From the NCBI GenBank assembly GCA_038205935.1, contig JBBRBK010000054.1, positions 1-13,701 on the forward strand: a stretch of DNA of 13,701 nt, given 5' to 3'. This document shows, in pieces, positions 10,091 to 13,701 of this stretch (position 1 is the first letter of the stretch; the number at the start of each line of letters is the position of its first letter). The translations under genes and the position numbers were made by a program. A model generated the notes under the pieces. It ran no database searches and had not been told where the DNA came from. It worked only from the letters and a program-made list of their open reading frames with translations. This DNA is from Campylobacterales bacterium. Lineage in GTDB: Bacteria > Campylobacterota > Campylobacteria > Campylobacterales > Sulfurimonadaceae.

Positions 10091-10112
10091 CTTACATGTA
10101 AGCCACTCATCT
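10078..10112 (+). repeat. Left flanking direct repeat of the RAYT module (contains palindrome copy 5, GCTTACATGTAAGC, 10090-10103)
   Basis: GAGGTATGAAT-AGCTTACATGTAAGCCACTCATCT; 33 of 36 aligned columns identical to 10962-10997; overlaps the permease stop codon. Confidence 0.9.
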
Positions 10113-10142
10113 CGCTCCCAAGTTTCACTTGGGAGCGTATAC
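10110..10142 (+). repeat. REP element 1 (33 nt, 11-bp stem)
   Basis: TCT-CGCTCCCAAGT-TTC-ACTTGGGAGCG-TATAC; 31/33 identical to REP 2. Confidence 0.9.
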
Positions 10143-10197
10143 TTATCTCTCTATTTTCTTGATTGTTTCTACTCTCATAGACCAAAAAAGAAGTGTA

Positions 10198-10731
10198 TCA
10201 AAACAACTTCTCCACATCTATCAAACCAACTTCATCTTCATAATTTCTAGCACTGCTATATCTCCAATGTTTAGCATCATCGACGTATCCTCTTTTTACA
10301 GGGTTTTGGTGAATATAGTTGATTGTTTCTATCATCATCTTTTCACTGGAAATATGTTTAGGCTGAGTTCCCTCTTGCCAAAACTGGTATGTAGTCTGTG
10401 TTTTATGCGCCTTCTTATAAAAAGCAAGTTGATCCAATATTGTCCACACATTGTTTTGCTCTAACAACTTTAAAATCTCTTTTGCCGTATGGGCTTTAAA
10501 CTTTCTCATAGACTGGGCTATGTCATCACTCGAAGCTATTAAATGAAGATGATTTTCTAAGATGACGTAAGCATATAGTTTGAAATTGTCTGTTTTTTGC
10601 AAGTATCGTAAACTATTGAAGATGATCTCTGTTGTCTCTGTTCTGGTAAAAATGGAGATCCAATGAAGCACTGTACAAGTCATAAAATGAGGATGTGTCG
10701 GTTCATATATCTTGTATCTGCTTCGTCCCAT
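10198..10731 (-). CDS. rayT: REP-associated tyrosine transposase (RAYT/TnpA-REP, IS200/IS605 Y1 HUH superfamily)
   Basis: HF.TCT near the N-terminus, AYVILENHLHL (HUH motif), FKAHTAK, FWQEG, YIHQNPVKRGYV (catalytic Tyr helix), WRYSSA. 177 aa, intact, AAGGA RBS, flanked by REP hairpins, no tnpB. Confidence 0.9.
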   Translation of the reverse strand: MGRSRYKIYEPTHPHFMTCTVLHWISIFTRTETTEIIFNSLRYLQKTDNFKLYAYVILENHLHLIASSDDIAQSMRKFKAHTAKEILKLLEQNNVWTILDQLAFYKKAHKTQTTYQFWQEGTQPKHISSEKMMIETINYIHQNPVKRGYVDDAKHWRYSSARNYEDEVGLIDVEKLF

Positions 10732-10823
10732 AACTTTTCCTTTTACCCGATTGTAATGGAAGTTTTTATGATGAAGAGATTTTATGGCAGTTTGTTATAT
10801 TTACACTCTTGCAGGTCTCGCGG

Positions 10824-10856
10824 TCTCGCTCCCAAGTTTTACTTGGGAGTGTATAC
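10824..10856 (+). repeat. REP element 2 (same orientation as REP 1)
   Basis: TCTCGCTCCCAAGTTTTACTTGGGAGTGTATAC. Confidence 0.9.
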
Positions 10857-10917
10857 GAGAATTATTATTGTATTGAGAGTTTTTATTTTTATATGCACCC
10901 CAAGGGCATTTCTTTCA

Positions 10918-10950
10918 GGGCACATTCCCAAGCGGAACTTGGGAATGAGA
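10918..10950 (-). repeat. REP element 3 (inverted relative to REP 2; REPIN/BIME-like doublet with a 61-nt spacer)
   Basis: Reverse complement TCTCATTCCCAAGTTCCGCTTGGGAATGTGCCC; same length, same TCTC foot and TCCCAAG/CTTGGGA stem, with compensatory changes. Confidence 0.85.
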
Positions 10951-10961
10951 GGAAAAGTGAA

Positions 10962-10997
10962 GAGGAATGAATGAGCTTACATGTAAGCTACTCATCT
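10962..10997 (+). repeat. Right flanking direct repeat of the RAYT module (contains palindrome copy 6, AGCTTACATGTAAGCT, 10974-10989)
   Basis: GAGGAATGAATGAGCTTACATGTAAGCTACTCATCT; ends at the thrC stop codon. Confidence 0.9.
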
Positions 10998-12466
10998 TAT
11001 AAGAATTTTAAAATCTCTTCTTCTATTTGATCTTTTTCAATCACAGTACTTTGGACTACTTCTTTAGAAAATAGCCCTGCAATCATCGCAGGGATTGGGA
11101 GTTTTGCTTCTTGTGAGATTGCTTGCAATGCATCTTCATCACGCGCATCAAGTTCGCCTGTGAGCGCATTTGCGATTGTCGGAGAAAACTTTGTCCACTC
11201 TGCAGTTGAATACGCGATAGTCACATACTCTTTTGTCGCACAAGTCTCATAGGCTTTAAAACAAGTCGCAGTATGAGGATCCATCAAATAGCCTGATTCA
11301 AAGGTGTCTTTGATATATTTTTTACCCTCATCGCCGTTACAAAAGTCTGCCGCAAACACCTCTTGAAGCGTGGAGAGTTCCTGTGCTGTGAGTTCATACA
11401 CATTTTTCGTATCAAGGTCACCCATAAGCTCTTTTGTACGTTTGTCGCCAAACATATCATAAAGTATTCTTTCAACATTTGATGATTTTAAAATATCCAT
11501 TGCCGGAGATGTTGTAGAAACTACGCCGTGACCGTTTAAGTCGTATTTTCCAAGATTGATAAGACGTGTTAGGACATTATTCTCATTTGAAGCAATGATG
11601 ATCTTTTCAACTGGAACGCACATTTTCATCGCGTAGTATCCGCCAAGAGCATTTCCGAAATTTCCGCTTGGAACGTTAAGATATACTTTTTCATCCATTG
11701 TGATAGCTTCTTGACGAACAAGTTCAAGATAACTATGAATATGGTAGATAATCTGAAAAATGATACGTCCAAAGTTAACAGAGTTTGCCGCTGAGAGAAG
11801 GATATTTTTCTCTTTTAGCTCTGCTTTAAATCGTTCACTTGCAAGAAGATGTTTGAGTGCATTTTGAGCATCATCGAAAACACCGTTGATACCAATAACT
11901 TTAAGATTTTGCGCATCTTCTGTAACCATTTGAAGGCGTTGAACATCACTTGTTCCGCCATCTGGATATAAACAAGCCACTTGAACATTCGCACGATTTT
12001 TAAATGTCTCTAAAGCCGCTGGACCAGTATCTCCGCTTGTTGCCGCTAAGATAAGATAGTTCTCGCCTCTTTTTTGCGCGATAGATGAAAGTACAACTCC
12101 AAAAGGTTGCAATGCCATATCTTTAAACGCACGTGTCGGGCCATGATAAAGTTCACTGACATACAAATCATTTTTTACTTTTACAACAGGAACTGGATGT
12201 GAAGCATCATCAAACTTGTCATATAAAGCCAAAGCTTCATCTATAACAGCGCCGTCGATGTCGATCTGAAATCGAGTCAACATATCTTTTGCTAACTCTT
12301 TATAACTTGAGTTTAAATGTTTTTCTAAAAATTCTCTTCCTAAATCTGGAAGTTCACAAGGTACATAAAGTCCGCCAAATGAAGCGATAGGAGAAAGAAT
12401 CGCTTGACTAAAAGTTACCTCTGCAGGATTTTTGCCATCATTACCACGTGTTTCAATAAAATTCAT
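10997..12466 (-). CDS. thrC: Threonine synthase
   Basis: GGLYVP, ELYHGPTRAFKD (PLP lysine), ATSGDTG, Q.LQM, FDDAQ, ANSVNFGR, VPSGNFGN, SPAMDILKSSNVER, DPHTA. Confidence 0.96.
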   Translation of the reverse strand: MNFIETRGNDGKNPAEVTFSQAILSPIASFGGLYVPCELPDLGREFLEKHLNSSYKELAKDMLTRFQIDIDGAVIDEALALYDKFDDASHPVPVVKVKNDLYVSELYHGPTRAFKDMALQPFGVVLSSIAQKRGENYLILAATSGDTGPAALETFKNRANVQVACLYPDGGTSDVQRLQMVTEDAQNLKVIGINGVFDDAQNALKHLLASERFKAELKEKNILLSAANSVNFGRIIFQIIYHIHSYLELVRQEAITMDEKVYLNVPSGNFGNALGGYYAMKMCVPVEKIIIASNENNVLTRLINLGKYDLNGHGVVSTTSPAMDILKSSNVERILYDMFGDKRTKELMGDLDTKNVYELTAQELSTLQEVFAADFCNGDEGKKYIKDTFESGYLMDPHTATCFKAYETCATKEYVTIAYSTAEWTKFSPTIANALTGELDARDEDALQAISQEAKLPIPAMIAGLFSKEVVQSTVIEKDQIEEEILKFL

Positions 12467-12493
12467 ATTTCAGCCTAAAAAATTTTTGCGCAA

Positions 12494-13345
12494 TTATAGC
12501 GTAATTTGCGTACCCACACCCTCGGATGTGAATAGTTCTAAGAGTAAAGAATGCTCAACTCTTCCATCAATGATATGTGCTTTTTCCACTCCGCCCTCAA
12601 CTGCTTCAAGACATGCATCTACTTTTGGAAGCATTCCGCCATGGATCGTTCCATCAGCTTTGAGCGCATCGATCTCAGCTTTTGTAAGTGAAGTAAAAAG
12701 CTCTTTTTCGTTGTTTAAAACACCCGCCGTATCGGTTAAAAAGATGATCTTTTTCGCACCGATAGATTTAGCGATATATGAAGCTGCAAGATCGGCGTTA
12801 ATGTTATATCCTGGATGTCCCATCTCTTCAGCTGCTGCGATTGGCGCGATAACTGGGATATATTTTTCATGTACAAGATTATTTACAACACTTTCATCTA
12901 CATGTTTGATCTTTCCAGTCAATCCCCATTTTGCAAAATCAAGTGGTTCAGCTGTCAGAAAATGCGCATCTTTTCCGCTGATGCCGATCGCTTTTGCTCC
13001 ATGAGAGTTTAAAAGTGAAACGATCTCTTTGTTGATCTCACCACTTAAAACCATCTCCACTATACGCATAACTTCTTTACTCGTTACACGCTGACCTTCA
13101 ATGAATTTCGATTCGATATGCAAAGCATCGAGCATATCTGTGATACTTTTTCCACCGCCATGAACAACGATTGGGCGGATTCCCACAAGATACATAAGTA
13201 GAATATCTTCTGCAAACTGCTCTTTTAGTTGTGGTGAAGTCTGCGCTGAACCACCGTATTTGATAACGATCTTTTGATTTGCAAACTGCTTTATAAACGG
13301 CAGTGCTTCAAGAAGAGTTTTAACAGTTTCAATCTTTTTTTGCAT
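12494..13345 (-). CDS. argB: Acetylglutamate kinase
   Basis: EALPFI, IVIKYGG, VVHGGG, G.RVT, GISGKDA, IPVIAP, NINADLAA, LTDTAGV, GGMLPKV.AC, HIIDGRVEHSLLLELFT.EGVGT. AAAGGA RBS. Confidence 0.96.
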   Translation of the reverse strand: MQKKIETVKTLLEALPFIKQFANQKIVIKYGGSAQTSPQLKEQFAEDILLMYLVGIRPIVVHGGGKSITDMLDALHIESKFIEGQRVTSKEVMRIVEMVLSGEINKEIVSLLNSHGAKAIGISGKDAHFLTAEPLDFAKWGLTGKIKHVDESVVNNLVHEKYIPVIAPIAAAEEMGHPGYNINADLAASYIAKSIGAKKIIFLTDTAGVLNNEKELFTSLTKAEIDALKADGTIHGGMLPKVDACLEAVEGGVEKAHIIDGRVEHSLLLELFTSEGVGTQITL

Positions 13346-13445
13346 GGTTTTCCTTTATATAATTATGGGCACCTCTAAAAACAGCTTTCACAGCCTCCTA
13401 AAGTTGCCCATCTTCTTTTTTTAACTTTTCTTGAATCTTCATCTA

Positions 13446-13500
13446 AGGAAAGTTGAGTGAATTTTTACATTTTGAGATGAAAAACTCACTCAATTTGCCT
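13446..13500. terminator. Long imperfect hairpin just downstream of the IS transposase stop; possible terminator
   Basis: AGGAAAGTTGAGTGAATTTTTACAT ... ATGAAAAACTCACTCAATTTGCCT; arms complementary with a few mismatches. No clear U-tract on the transposase strand. Confidence 0.4.
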
Positions 13501-13515
13501 CTGTTGGTGTTCTTT

Positions 13516-13701
13516 TTACATCTTTTGCACTTTCTGTAGTCTTACAAGCTGTTCATATCTAAACAGGTTGTAAGTCAGATTGAGCAACCCTATGATCGAA
13601 TCGATTCTCTTTTTACCGATGGCTTTAAGATTCAATCCATTATTCATAGAGTTTGTCATATATCCAAATACATGTTCTACACGAGAACGTACTTTTGATT
13701 T
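13516..13701 (-). CDS. IS5-family DDE transposase, C-terminal 61 aa (partial)
   Basis: Manual translation: KSKVRSRVEHVFGYMTNSMNNGLNLKAIGKKRIDSIIGLLNLTYNLFRYEQLVRLQKVQKM*. Contains the R..VEH.FG catalytic-Glu motif and the NL.YNL motif. Not in the ORF track. Confidence 0.88.
   Translation of the reverse strand, partial: KSKVRSRVEHVFGYMTNSMNNGLNLKAIGKKRIDSIIGLLNLTYNLFRYEQLVRLQKVQKM

Larger units (their letters stand above)
10113..10961 (-). mobile_element. RAYT/REP module (REPtron-like): transposase gene, single REP downstream, inverted REP pair upstream
   Basis: HUH transposase gene flanked by three related hairpin repeats, all between two ~35-bp direct repeats, between convergent housekeeping genes. 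Confidence 0.8.
13367..13701 (-). mobile_element. IS5-family insertion sequence, downstream end (continues beyond the window)
   Basis: Transposase C-terminus followed by ~150 nt of non-coding DNA ending in GGGCACCTCTAAAAAC (plus strand, from 13367), which resembles IS5-family terminal inverted repeats. The boundary is inferred because the other end is not visible. Confidence 0.75.

Noticed and set aside
10083..10110. Classical intrinsic terminator call for the palindromic hairpin after the permease stop
   Set aside because: No U-tract on either strand and the same core occurs inside genes; a termination role is possible but unsupported.
10198..10731. IS605-type element with TnpB/IscB and a guide RNA
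   Set aside because: No tnpB or iscB ORF in the cassette; protein motifs and flanking repeats fit RAYT.
10110..10950. CRISPR array interpretation of the 33-nt hairpin repeats
   Set aside because: Only three copies, irregular spacing (714 bp between the first two), one inverted, no cas genes; the adjacent RAYT explains them as REPs.
9943..10974. ORFs 9943-10185, 10129-10464 and 10663-10974
   Set aside because: They run through REP hairpins or antisense to the RAYT or permease genes, with no protein-like features.
3893..12906. Degenerate matches to the palindrome (TTGCATGTAG ~3894, CCACATGTAT ~8069, TTTCATGTAC ~12865, CTACATGTTT ~12898)
   Set aside because: Two or more mismatches; expected by chance, so not counted.
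11284..13012. ORFs 11284-11478, 12432-13004 and 12815-13012
   Set aside because: Off-frame or antisense shadows of thrC and argB.

Overview
AT-rich bacterial chromosomal window; gene content and promoter/RBS style suggest a free-living Campylobacterota (Sulfurimonas/Sulfurospirillum-like; inferred, not confirmed). Left to right: dsbD (minus strand, runs off the left edge, missed by the ORF track) and mtgA (minus). Divergently, a tight plus-strand operon of a YyaL/SSP411 thioredoxin-domain protein, ppk2 and a TolC + MacA-like adaptor + split MacB-like ABC exporter. Then a ~0.9 kb RAYT (REP-associated HUH tyrosine transposase) module, thrC and argB (minus), and the 3' end of an IS5-family element ending about 21 bp upstream of argB. 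Two features stand out. (1) The palindrome TTACATGTAA occurs 6 times (CTTACATGTAAG 5 times), in three genes, in two different codon registers, and in intergenic DNA, which looks like a highly iterated palindrome or uptake/binding motif. (2) The RAYT gene and its three 33-nt REP hairpins are bracketed by a ~35-bp imperfect direct repeat that duplicates the last codons of the ABC permease plus this same palindrome, like the attL/attR of a site-targeted insertion.
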